NCBI GenBank assembly: GCA_052279835.1
Contig: CP181291.1
Span: forward strand, 3,968,001-4,032,000
Source: Microcoleus sp.
GTDB taxonomy: Bacteria > Cyanobacteriota > Cyanobacteriia > Cyanobacteriales > Microcoleaceae
Direction: 5' to 3'
Length of the DNA stretch: 64,000 nucleotides
The position numbers and the translations under genes are program-made. Below the pieces are notes generated by a model that was not told the DNA's origin, did no database searches, and saw only the letters and a program-made list of their open reading frames with translations. This document shows positions 19,140 through 27,937 of the stretch, piece by piece. The stretch's first letter is position 1. Every line of letters starts with the position of its first letter.

Positions 19140-19154
19140 ATAAGTAGAGTTTAT
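19140..19154. promoter_or_regulatory. possible LysR-type (NdhR/CmpR) operator upstream of ndhF3
   Basis: ATAA-N7-TTAT palindrome with T-N11-A core; ndhF3 operons are known LysR targets. Confidence 0.3.
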
Positions 19155-19374
19155 AGGTACAGATAAATATGGTGAATCAGAAATCTGAAAATTTAACGCA
19201 ATACTTAATATAAAATTAATAAGTCTATTCTGAAGCGCCTAGTCTCAAGACAACCAGTAACTGGAAGACTGACGCAAAAAATGCCTCTACTTCTGAATTC
19301 TGGCTTTCCCATACTGTAGTCAGCGCGATCGGAATTATTCTCAGATTATTAAATTTTTGTAACCTTTACAGGTA

Positions 19375-21240
19375 ATGCCAATGGCTCAAATCCTACTCCA
19401 GACCGTTTGGTTTATACCTTGCTATCCACTTATCGGCGGAGTTTTGTCGATACTGTGGTTTCCGGCTGTCACCCGTCGCACGGGGCCAAGGCCATCGGGT
19501 TATCTTAATGCCATCTTCACATTCCTGGCTTTCGTACACGGCGTCATCGCCCTCACAGCTATCTGGAACCAACCGGCGCAACAGCAGTTCATACCCTGGC
19601 TGAATGTCGCAGGTTTAGACTTAACCATTCCCGTCGAAATCTCTAGTGTCACCGTCGGGGCGACAGTTTTGGTTACGGGACTGAACTTGCTGGCGCAGAT
19701 TTATGCCTTTGGTTACATGGAAATGGACTGGGGCTGGGCTAGGTTCTTTTCCCTGATGGGGCTGTTTGAAGCGGGGATGTGTGGCTTAGTGCTCTGCAAT
19801 TCCCTGTTTTTCAGTTACATGATTTTGGAAGTTCTCACTTTGGGCACCTACCTGCTAGTGGGGCTGTGGTTCAATCAGTCTTTGGTGGTTACAGGAGCTC
19901 GCGATGCTTTCTTAACCAAGCGGGTAGGAGATTTATTCCTGCTGATGGGAGTAGTCGCCATTCTACCTTTGGCTGGAACTTGGAATTTTGATGAGTTGGC
20001 CGTGTGGGCTCAAACAGCGAACCTCGACCCTACTGTCGCCGCCCTGTTGGCCTTGGCTTTGATTGCCGGCCCCATGGGGAAATGCGCTCAGTTTCCCTTG
20101 CACCTGTGGCTGGATGAAGCGATGGAAGGGCCTCTGCCGGCCACGATTTTGCGGAACACTGTAGTTGTCGAAACCGGTGCTTGGATTTTGATTAAGTTGC
20201 AGCCGGTGATTGCTTTGTCATCGATTGGGGTGACAACAACTATTGTTGTGGGTGCGGCGACGGCGGTGGGTGCTTCCTTAATTGCGATCGCCCAAATCGA
20301 CATCAAGCGCACGCTTTCCTATATAGTTAGCTCATACATGGGCTTAGTATTTATCGCCGTCGGCACGGGACAAGCCGAAACCGCCCTGACATTGATCTTT
20401 GCCTACAGCTTAGCAATGGGTTTGTTGGTAATGAGCATCGGTTCAGTAGTTTGGAACAGCATCACTCAGGATGTCCGAGCTCTCGGCGGTTTGTGGGGAA
20501 AGCGGCCGATATCTGCCATATCCTTTATTGTCGGTAGCGCTGGATTGGTGGGACTGCCGCCCTTTGGCTGTTTCTGGGCTTTAGAAGAATTCACATCCGG
20601 GCTTTGGGAAACTCACCCTTTGCTGTTAGGAATAGTTTTGTTTGTCAACGGTGTCACTGCTTTTGGCTTGGTGCGCGTCTTCGGTTTAGTTTTTGGTGGC
20701 AAACCAAAGCAAATGACTGAACGTTCGCCGGAAGTTCACTGGCCTTTCATCTTGCCGATGATGATTTTAATGGGCTTTACTTTGCACGTTCCCCATCTGC
20801 TGGCCGCGTGGCACTTATTGCCTTGGGCAAGTTTGAATTATACCACCACTGGATTGTTAGTTTTGTCCACTGCGATCGGCATCGGTACGGGAGCATTGGT
20901 TTACTTGAACGAAAAATGGGAAAAACCAGTGCGAATTGGTTCCGAAGCCCTACAAGACTTTTTTGCTTACGACTTTTACACCGCCCAACTTTATCGCGTG
21001 ACAGTGATATTTGCCGTTGGTTTAGTGGCTCAAATTATCTCTTGGATCGATCGCAATTTGGTTGATGGGTTCGTAAATCTAGTCGGTTTAGCAACAGTTT
21101 TTGGCGGGCAAAGTCTCAAGTACAACGTTAACGGTCAAACTCAGTTTTATGCCCTAACAATTCTGTTCGGAGTTGCACTTTTAGGACTCATCGTAAGCTG
21201 GCCATTGCTAGCTCGTCTGTCACTGATTGTGGGCGGATAA
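19375..21240 (+). CDS. ndhF3: NAD(P)H-quinone oxidoreductase subunit F3 (CO2 uptake)
   Basis: RRTGPRP, YMEMDWGWARF and KCAQFPLHLWLDEAMEGP motifs; operon with ndhD and cupA. Confidence 0.9.
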   Translation: MPMAQILLQTVWFIPCYPLIGGVLSILWFPAVTRRTGPRPSGYLNAIFTFLAFVHGVIALTAIWNQPAQQQFIPWLNVAGLDLTIPVEISSVTVGATVLVTGLNLLAQIYAFGYMEMDWGWARFFSLMGLFEAGMCGLVLCNSLFFSYMILEVLTLGTYLLVGLWFNQSLVVTGARDAFLTKRVGDLFLLMGVVAILPLAGTWNFDELAVWAQTANLDPTVAALLALALIAGPMGKCAQFPLHLWLDEAMEGPLPATILRNTVVVETGAWILIKLQPVIALSSIGVTTTIVVGAATAVGASLIAIAQIDIKRTLSYIVSSYMGLVFIAVGTGQAETALTLIFAYSLAMGLLVMSIGSVVWNSITQDVRALGGLWGKRPISAISFIVGSAGLVGLPPFGCFWALEEFTSGLWETHPLLLGIVLFVNGVTAFGLVRVFGLVFGGKPKQMTERSPEVHWPFILPMMILMGFTLHVPHLLAAWHLLPWASLNYTTTGLLVLSTAIGIGTGALVYLNEKWEKPVRIGSEALQDFFAYDFYTAQLYRVTVIFAVGLVAQIISWIDRNLVDGFVNLVGLATVFGGQSLKYNVNGQTQFYALTILFGVALLGLIVSWPLLARLSLIVGG

Positions 21241-21324
21241 ACAATAGTTTTAAGTTTTGAATCACTCTCCACTCTCCACTGTTAACCGTCAACCGTCCAC
21301 TGTCAACCATCAACCGTTTAAATT

Positions 21325-22935
21325 ATGCTTAGTGCCTTGCTCTGGTTGCCCGCGTTGGGCGCTGCGGTAGTCGGGTTCTTACCCGGAAATATCAAGGGAA
21401 TTCGTATGCGCTCAATAGCCTCGGCTTTTGCTGCTGTTGTTTTCCTTTTGAATCTCTGGCTGCTGACTCAATTCGACCAAGCCAATTCGGGACTGCAATT
21501 TCAAGAATATTTGCCTTGGATTCCACAATTAGGTTTAAGCTACAACTTGGGAATTGATGGCTTGTCTTTGCCACTGCTAGTTTTAAGCGCATTACTGACG
21601 CTATTAGTGATTTATGGCACTGGCGAAAATATGGAACGCCCCCAGCTTTATTACGCTTTAATTTTGCTAATAAATGCTGGTATTGCTGGAGCTTTGATGT
21701 CTCAAAATTTGCTGCTGTTTGTACTTTTTTACGAAATAGAATTAATTCCTTTTTATCTGTTGATTGCGATTTGGGGTGGGAAGCAGCGAGAATATGCTGC
21801 GATGAAGTTTCTAATCTATACCGCCGTTTCGGGACTTTTGGTGCTGGGAGCATTTTTGGGTATTGCTTGGTTGAGCGGTTCTTTAAACTTCGATTACAGC
21901 GCGATTAATACTCAAGAATTTCCCCTAAAAGAGCAGTTGATACTGTTAACAATTCTGCTGATTGGGTTGGGGATTAAAATTCCCTTGGTGCCACTACACA
22001 CTTGGCTACCGGATGCTTATGTGGAAGCTTCCCCAGCCACAGCAATTCTGTTGGGCGGTATTTTGGCAAAGTTGGGCACTTACGGTTTAGTCAGGTTCGG
22101 CTTGCAGATGTTTCCTGAAACTTGGACAATTATTGCTCCTGGTTTAGCGATTATCGGCACGGTGAGTGTGATGTATGGCGCTTTGAGTGCGATCGCCCAA
22201 AGAGACATCAAACGCATGGTAGCCTATAGTTCGATCGGACATATGGGATACATCCTGGTAGCCTGTGCAGCGGGCACGAAGCTAGCCTTAATCGGCGCTG
22301 TCGGGCAAATGGTAAGCCACGGCTTGATTTTAGCTTTGCTATTTTATTTAGTAGGCATCATCGAAACCAAAGTTGGCACGCGGGATTTGGACGTGCTCAA
22401 CGGCTTGATGAATCCGATGCGGGGTTTACCGACGGCAAGTTCGCTGTTAGTTTTGGGTGGGATGGCAAGTGCCGGTATTCCTGGTTTGGTGGGTTTTATT
22501 GCCGAATTTTTAGTATTTCAGGGCAGTTTTTCTATCTTTCCAATTCCCACTTTAATCTGCATTTTAGCTTCTGGTTTAACAGCCGTTTACTTTGTGATTC
22601 TACTCAATCGCACCTGTTTTGGGAAATTGGATAACGCTACGGCTTACTATCCTCCTGTTACCTTTGGCGAAAATATGCCAGCGCTGGTTTTGGCTGGTAT
22701 CATTTTTGTTTTGGGAATTCAGCCTGGTTGGTTGCTGAAGTGGAGCGAATCGACTACAAATGCGATCGTTGCTACTCTTCCGGCTGACAGAAATGCTCAA
22801 GTAGCTATTAGTTATTCCGTAGAAAAATCGGCGATTGAAATCGCATCTACACAAACGAAGTCCGCCTCCGTGGACCAAGAAAAGTCGGCGATTGAAATCG
22901 CGTCTACACAAACGAAGTCCGCCTCCGCGGACTAA
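21325..22935 (+). CDS. ndhD3: NAD(P)H-quinone oxidoreductase subunit D3
   Basis: KIPLVPLHTWLPDAYVEA, KRMVAYSSIGHMG and NRTCFGKL motifs. Confidence 0.9.
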   Translation: MLSALLWLPALGAAVVGFLPGNIKGIRMRSIASAFAAVVFLLNLWLLTQFDQANSGLQFQEYLPWIPQLGLSYNLGIDGLSLPLLVLSALLTLLVIYGTGENMERPQLYYALILLINAGIAGALMSQNLLLFVLFYEIELIPFYLLIAIWGGKQREYAAMKFLIYTAVSGLLVLGAFLGIAWLSGSLNFDYSAINTQEFPLKEQLILLTILLIGLGIKIPLVPLHTWLPDAYVEASPATAILLGGILAKLGTYGLVRFGLQMFPETWTIIAPGLAIIGTVSVMYGALSAIAQRDIKRMVAYSSIGHMGYILVACAAGTKLALIGAVGQMVSHGLILALLFYLVGIIETKVGTRDLDVLNGLMNPMRGLPTASSLLVLGGMASAGIPGLVGFIAEFLVFQGSFSIFPIPTLICILASGLTAVYFVILLNRTCFGKLDNATAYYPPVTFGENMPALVLAGIIFVLGIQPGWLLKWSESTTNAIVATLPADRNAQVAISYSVEKSAIEIASTQTKSASVDQEKSAIEIASTQTKSASAD

Positions 22936-22950
22936 GAAAAGTCGGCGATT
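22821..22950 (+). repeat. 57-bp tandem repeat (2.3 copies) overlapping the ndhD3 3' end
   Basis: Units start at 22821, 22878 and 22935. Confidence 0.9.
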
Positions 22951-22953
22951 TAA

Positions 22954-23069
22954 CTGGTTCCTAGGCTCTGCCTGGGAACCGATATCCAGAGGCTCTGCCT
23001 CGCTTTTGAGTAGGAAAATTGGAGGCAGAGCCTCCGGTTATGCGTTACCAGGCTCTTCCTGGGAACGAG
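22954..23069. repeat. MITE-like palindromic repeat (gttcctaggctctgcctgggaac / gaggcagagcctc)
   Basis: Nested inverted repeats in the ndhD3-cupA spacer. Confidence 0.7.
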
Positions 23070-23110
23070 TAGAAAGATTTAAGAATTCACTCAAAATAAG
23101 GAAAAAAAAA

Positions 23111-24433
23111 ATGGTACAAACTCCTAATAAACCGGCAACTAAACTACCTCCTTCCAAGCACGAATTTGCGGAGGTAATTCATCGGCTAGAAGCAGGCGGC
23201 GCGATGATTCCAGATACGCCGGAAAATCTGATGCAAATCATCGCTATTTGGAAAGCTTATGCAGTCCCGATGGACTTCTACTGGCGGGATTTGCTTTACA
23301 TCGCTGAACGAGTCTTTTTACACCCGCTTCCTTTCTTTAAATACTTCTTACCTCAAGAGTATTTAGACTTGCAAAATCACTATGCAGGTGACGGTGCAGA
23401 TTTGCGAATCTGGCGGGGGACTGGCAGCGTTCACCCTGAACTTTTGGAGTTCATGGAAAAGGGAGAAACTGGTAAACTACCACGACTGTTTCACCATTTG
23501 TGGCACGATCGCATTAACATGGAATTTGCTGAAGAGTGCATGAGATCGATGCTTTGGCACCGGGGCTTGTACGTCCCAACCAATCAATTCGATCCTTATT
23601 TGGACAGTGACGAATATAAAGCTAATGCCGATCGCGCCATTAAAGCTTACTTCAAAAAAGACCCGTTCATGCTGGGACTTCATGCAGCATTTCCCGAAAT
23701 GTTTTTAGAACAATGTCGCCAAATGTCTTATTACAGCAATCTCGGTTTATTCTGGGAAGTAATGGCACCGGTGTTTTTTGAAGTTTCCGACTTGTACGAT
23801 GAAGGGAAAGTTAAGACAGTCCCCGATGCGATGAACTTCCTGGTAAATGGGATATTTGCGATCGCCGGAAGGCCAATTTACCACCACGTTTACATCGACG
23901 GCGAGAAGTACGAAATCATCCCCAAATCCAAAGGTTTCACATGGCTTTACGAAGCAGCATTACCTTACGTAGAAGCTGTATTTTACCGCACTTCGCCGTT
24001 CCGAGGCACCAAATCTTACAACGCCCAAGCTAGAGAAGTTCCCGACGATCAAAAAGACTTCCACTACGGAGTGTTGTATGCAGACAAATTCCCCGTAGGT
24101 ACGGCAGGAATTCCACCGACATTGCTAGCCCAAGATATGTTGCATTTCTTGCCGCCTTACTTGCTGGATTTCTACAAACAGCGCTGTCGCGGCGAAGATG
24201 ATATCCTGAATCAAATTGGGGTAACATTTCAGCGATCGATGTACTGTGTAACTTCCGCAGTATTTCAAGCATTGCGGACTGCGCTGTTATATCCTTTGGA
24301 TGACCCAAATCCGAAGCATTTGAAGGCAAATCGAGCATTTTTCGAGTCACAGATCGATCGCTTCTGCCGCCCCGAATACGGCATGAAATATGCGGCGAAA
24401 TTGAATAGCATTCAGACTTCCGATTACAGGTAA
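23111..24433 (+). CDS. cupA: CO2 hydration protein CupA (ChpY)
   Basis: 440 aa from MVQTP; HHLWHDRINMEFAE, FRGTKSYNAQA and GTAGIPPTL motifs. Confidence 0.92.
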   Translation: MVQTPNKPATKLPPSKHEFAEVIHRLEAGGAMIPDTPENLMQIIAIWKAYAVPMDFYWRDLLYIAERVFLHPLPFFKYFLPQEYLDLQNHYAGDGADLRIWRGTGSVHPELLEFMEKGETGKLPRLFHHLWHDRINMEFAEECMRSMLWHRGLYVPTNQFDPYLDSDEYKANADRAIKAYFKKDPFMLGLHAAFPEMFLEQCRQMSYYSNLGLFWEVMAPVFFEVSDLYDEGKVKTVPDAMNFLVNGIFAIAGRPIYHHVYIDGEKYEIIPKSKGFTWLYEAALPYVEAVFYRTSPFRGTKSYNAQAREVPDDQKDFHYGVLYADKFPVGTAGIPPTLLAQDMLHFLPPYLLDFYKQRCRGEDDILNQIGVTFQRSMYCVTSAVFQALRTALLYPLDDPNPKHLKANRAFFESQIDRFCRPEYGMKYAAKLNSIQTSDYR

Positions 24434-24657
24434 AGACTGTTTAGCTGCGAGTCCACGAGTCCGCCAGGGGTTTAAACCCCTGGCTCAAAGCTCAAGTCGG
24501 TTGAAACCGACTGGGGAACATGAGAGCTTTTGAATTGGTTTCAACAGTGGTATAATATTAAATCAGTTAGCATCATAATTATTCATCTTTCACTCTTCTC
24601 TTCCTCTGCGCTCTCTGCGCTCTCTGTGGTTAAATCATTCCAATCTAAAAAAGAATC

Positions 24658-24864
24658 ATGAATAGCCAAGATGTAGCAAAATATATCGAAGCCACCGATG
24701 GGAGTTCCAAACCTTGGCTGTTAGTGCAACTGCGCCTCAAAAAACTGCAAGAAAGGCGATCGGAGATTTCTGCTGAAGAGTATATAACAGAACTTACCGA
24801 CATTCACCAAGACTTAATGAATCTGGGGGAATGGTGGCTCGGCATCGAAGATGAAGTATTTTAA
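24658..24864 (+). CDS. small hypothetical protein
   Basis: 68-aa ORF with natural composition; TATAAT upstream at 24551-24556. Confidence 0.65.
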   Translation: MNSQDVAKYIEATDGSSKPWLLVQLRLKKLQERRSEISAEEYITELTDIHQDLMNLGEWWLGIEDEVF

Positions 24865-24893
24865 AAGCCACAAACTATTTTGTATCAGGCATA

Positions 24894-25232
24894 ATGGAAG
24901 TACAACCGAGAGACATTCAAAATTACCAAACAGCAGATGGAAAAATTCCTTTCTCAGAGTGGCGGGATGCGTTGCGAGATAGCAGAGCTAAAGCTAAAAT
25001 ACGGGCTAAGCTCAACCAAGTGAGACTCGGTAATTTAGGTGACTTTAGCTTTGTTGGAGAAGGAGTCTGCGAATTGAGAATTGACTATGGCCCTGGCTAT
25101 CGGATTTACTTTGGACAAATAGGGCAAACAATTGTACTTCTTCTATGTGGCGGAGATAAAAGCACTCAAGAACAAGACATCCGCAAAGCAATAAAATACT
25201 GGAGGGATTATGAGAGTAGAGATGATGTCTAG
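24894..25232 (+). CDS. type II TA toxin, RelE/HigB-like (addiction module killer)
   Basis: GNLGD...VGEGVCELRIDYGPGYRIYF and LLLCGGDKSTQ motifs. Confidence 0.9.
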   Translation: MEVQPRDIQNYQTADGKIPFSEWRDALRDSRAKAKIRAKLNQVRLGNLGDFSFVGEGVCELRIDYGPGYRIYFGQIGQTIVLLLCGGDKSTQEQDIRKAIKYWRDYESRDDV

Positions 25233-25527
25233 AAGTATCAGCTATCAAGAAGAATTAATTGAATCTCTAAAAGATCCTTTAGAGGCAGCTCCTTATATTG
25301 AGGCTTGCTTGGAGGAGGAGAATTCAGAGGTGCTAAAGCTGGCATTAAATGATGTTGTTGAGGCTCATCACAGGATGAATGAACTCTCAGAAGATGTTAC
25401 AGCACTTTTGACCAAACTGGGCGAACTATTGTCGGAAAAAAAAGGATCGGAAATTTACTGTTTGAGTGCTTTACTGGATGCACTGGGTTTTCAACTGACT
25501 GTGACTGTTAAGCAGAGAAATTATTGA
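25222..25527 (+). CDS. cognate antitoxin (addiction module antidote-like)
   Basis: Overlaps the toxin stop; LIESLKDP.EAA.YI and LLDALGFQL motifs; start uncertain. Confidence 0.75.
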   Translation: MMSRSISYQEELIESLKDPLEAAPYIEACLEEENSEVLKLALNDVVEAHHRMNELSEDVTALLTKLGELLSEKKGSEIYCLSALLDALGFQLTVTVKQRNY

Positions 25528-25684
25528 AAAGTTGAAGTTGCCACCCCCTACAAGTTAGCGCAGGCTGTTGATGTGTCGATCGCACAGAGGATTGTCCATT
25601 TTCTACCTTCATGTTCTCACTTAGCCATTAGTTTTAATTTTTCCTTTGCCCATTCTCGTAGTTGCACGTCGGGCCGATCGCCCT

Positions 25685-26155
25685 TTAAAATTTCTCCATC
25701 AAATCTTTTTCTGCGGCATAAACATCTCGTAGCTGTTGTAGCCCCGCCCCAGAAATCGCCGATTTAACTTTAGCTACCAACAGTCCCCACTCCCACAAGC
25801 TGTCTACAGAAACAGCCTGTTTGAACTGGTGCGTGTAGAATTTAGTCCAAAACACTGGTGCTAGTTTGCTTTTCCAGCGTTTGTACCATCTGCCAAAATC
25901 TTGCAGTGCGGGTTCATTTACTTCCACAATCGGCGGAAAATCGGCGTAGCTGACAAACCGGCTGATGTGTTTGGCGTGCACGTAAACCATGTAGCGACAG
26001 CATTCGATGCGGTAAATGTCGTCAACTGCGATATTGAACAGCAGCGCAACAGTTTCTTCTGTGACGAATCGCGCCAGGGGATGCAGGATGGGAGATTTGT
26101 GAATTATCTTGGATTCTGCGATCGCCGATGATTTTCTCGAAGTATCTGATATCAT
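25685..26155 (-). CDS. hypothetical protein
   Basis: 156-aa ORF downstream of a leftward promoter and leader hairpin. Confidence 0.65.
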   Translation of the reverse strand: MISDTSRKSSAIAESKIIHKSPILHPLARFVTEETVALLFNIAVDDIYRIECCRYMVYVHAKHISRFVSYADFPPIVEVNEPALQDFGRWYKRWKSKLAPVFWTKFYTHQFKQAVSVDSLWEWGLLVAKVKSAISGAGLQQLRDVYAAEKDLMEKF

Positions 26156-26322
26156 AGTAAGTGCCTATTCTGATTGTAGATAAATCTATTGATGGTAGGT
26201 CAGACAGCTAGTAACTGTCTATTGAAGTTTTGAAAACGATCGCCCTTTAGTTTTCGAGGCTAGAGGGCGATCGGCTTTTTAGATAAAATAACTATAAGGT
26301 GTCATAGCACCCATTGTCAAGC

Positions 26323-26535
26323 ATGGGTTTAGTAAGAATTAAAGTTAGAGAACTAGCAGAAGAGAAAGGCTGGACATTCAAGGAAGTTTCAGAACGTTCT
26401 GGTGTTGTGTACAACACTGTCAAGCATTATGCTCGCTGTCCAGGGCTGACAACGGTTGACTTCACTTTGTTGCGGAAATTAGCTCGGACTTTTGATGTGA
26501 TGATTGAGGATTTGGTTGAGGTTTTGGAGGAATAG
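26323..26535 (+). CDS. XRE/Cro-like HTH regulator, copy 1
   Basis: VRELAEEKGWTFKEVSERSGV..NT..LARTFDV.IEDL. Confidence 0.85.
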   Translation: MGLVRIKVRELAEEKGWTFKEVSERSGVVYNTVKHYARCPGLTTVDFTLLRKLARTFDVMIEDLVEVLEE

Positions 26536-26621
26536 TCGATCGCTCGATCGTTGTCCAGACGTGAGGCGATCGCTTTTTCAGATGCAATTATCTTAAAACG
26601 CAACTGCATTATTTGTCAAGC

Positions 26622-26834
26622 ATGGGTTTAGTCAGAGTTAAAGTGCGAGAGCTAGCGGCTGAGAGGGGCTGGACATTTAAGGAGGTGGCTGAGCGATCGG
26701 GCGTGATCTACAGCACCATAACCAGCTATGCTCGTCGTTCCGAAATATCAATGGTTGACTTTACGGCCCTGTATAAGTTAGCGCGGGCGTTTGATGTGAT
26801 GATTGAGGACTTGGTGGAGATTATTGAGGAATAG
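26622..26834 (+). CDS. XRE/Cro-like HTH regulator, copy 2 (tandem paralog)
   Basis: Same length as copy 1; offset 299 bp; shared flanks. Confidence 0.85.
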   Translation: MGLVRVKVRELAAERGWTFKEVAERSGVIYSTITSYARRSEISMVDFTALYKLARAFDVMIEDLVEIIEE

Positions 26835-26989
26835 ATTGATCGCTCGATCGTTGTCCAGACGTGAGCCGATCGCTTTTTTGTATTTGTTGCACTATAGCAT
26901 AATTAACTGTGGCTTTTCAAACATTATCGCACTTAATCTGACCGAGGATGCTAATATCAAGAAAAGTTATTCATAGTTGATTATTATTC

Positions 26990-27184
26990 GTGGCAAAAAC
27001 TAATACTGCGATCGCGGTCAGTTCCGTGATTAAGGAAGTCATTCAAAAACAAGCCCAAGCGACCAGACTCACCCAGAAGGAAGTCGTGTATTTGGGAATG
27101 CTGGCAATTGATGCACTCGATAAGGAAAGTCGCCAAGAGTTGGCGGACAAGGTGCACCAGATGCAAGTGAATGGCGAGATTTGA
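26990..27184 (+). CDS. small hypothetical protein (possible ribbon-helix-helix)
   Basis: 64-aa ORF; beta-strand-like TAIAV followed by two helices. Confidence 0.5.
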   Translation: MAKTNTAIAVSSVIKEVIQKQAQATRLTQKEVVYLGMLAIDALDKESRQELADKVHQMQVNGEI

Positions 27185-27876
27185 ACAAAAAGGAAAGCCA
27201 GGTGGGTGTCCAGAAACCGGGTTTTTACGAAAATACTTCGTTGTAACAGACAAATTAGCTAAAAACCCGGTTTCTCTCGTCCTAGTGGGTAAATCCCGTA
27301 TCCCGAATCTCAAATGGTAGAATTATCTGGAACTACCAACATCCGCGATTCTATTTCTTCCCAGGTTTTTGCTGATATTCTCACTGCTGCCTACGTACAG
27401 GCTTTTCTTGGTCTAGCTTTTTCTTTGCAGTATCAACAGACCCTTGAGTTCGACAATAAAGATAAGGAATTAAGCAGAGAATTTTTCTCTGATATGCACG
27501 ATATGGACTGGCTGATGAATGTATACAGAGTTTTTCTTATCAATTCAGTATTTACTCACTTGTGGGAAGTTATCTCCTAAGCTTAGGGGTTCTTATTTTG
27601 GGGCTGAAATTGCTCCTATTCCTGATAAAAATACCCCAAGGCTTGCTCTATCGCTCTAAGATTCATGATTAACAGACATGGTAGCAATTGTGGTGTTGCT
27701 GAATCACAGTATGAAAATAGATAAGTTGGAAATTCCGAAGATGTTCTGACGCGCTTATTTCATTTTTTCCAGATTGAGTCGTTCATACCATAAATCAGCA
27801 ACACCGCAATTGTTTCCTGCGCTAACTTGGCAAAAAAAAATACTCTTCAATCTCAATAATTAACCAACCTATACCA

Positions 27877-27907
27877 AAAAATCCCCCGCCAGAAGGCAGG
27901 GGATTTC
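27877..27907 (-). terminator. rho-independent terminator of psaAB
   Basis: aaatcccc..gcc/ggc..ggggattt hairpin followed by a T-run on the minus strand. Confidence 0.75.
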
Positions 27908-27937
27908 ATTTAATTACCTAGAAACCAGAGTTCAGAG

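Noticed and set aside
22835..23110. N-terminal extension of CupA
   Set aside because: It runs through repeats; the recognisable start is ATG 23111.
27314..27580. 88-aa ORF
   Set aside because: No recognisable motif; may be a gene fragment and cannot be supported.
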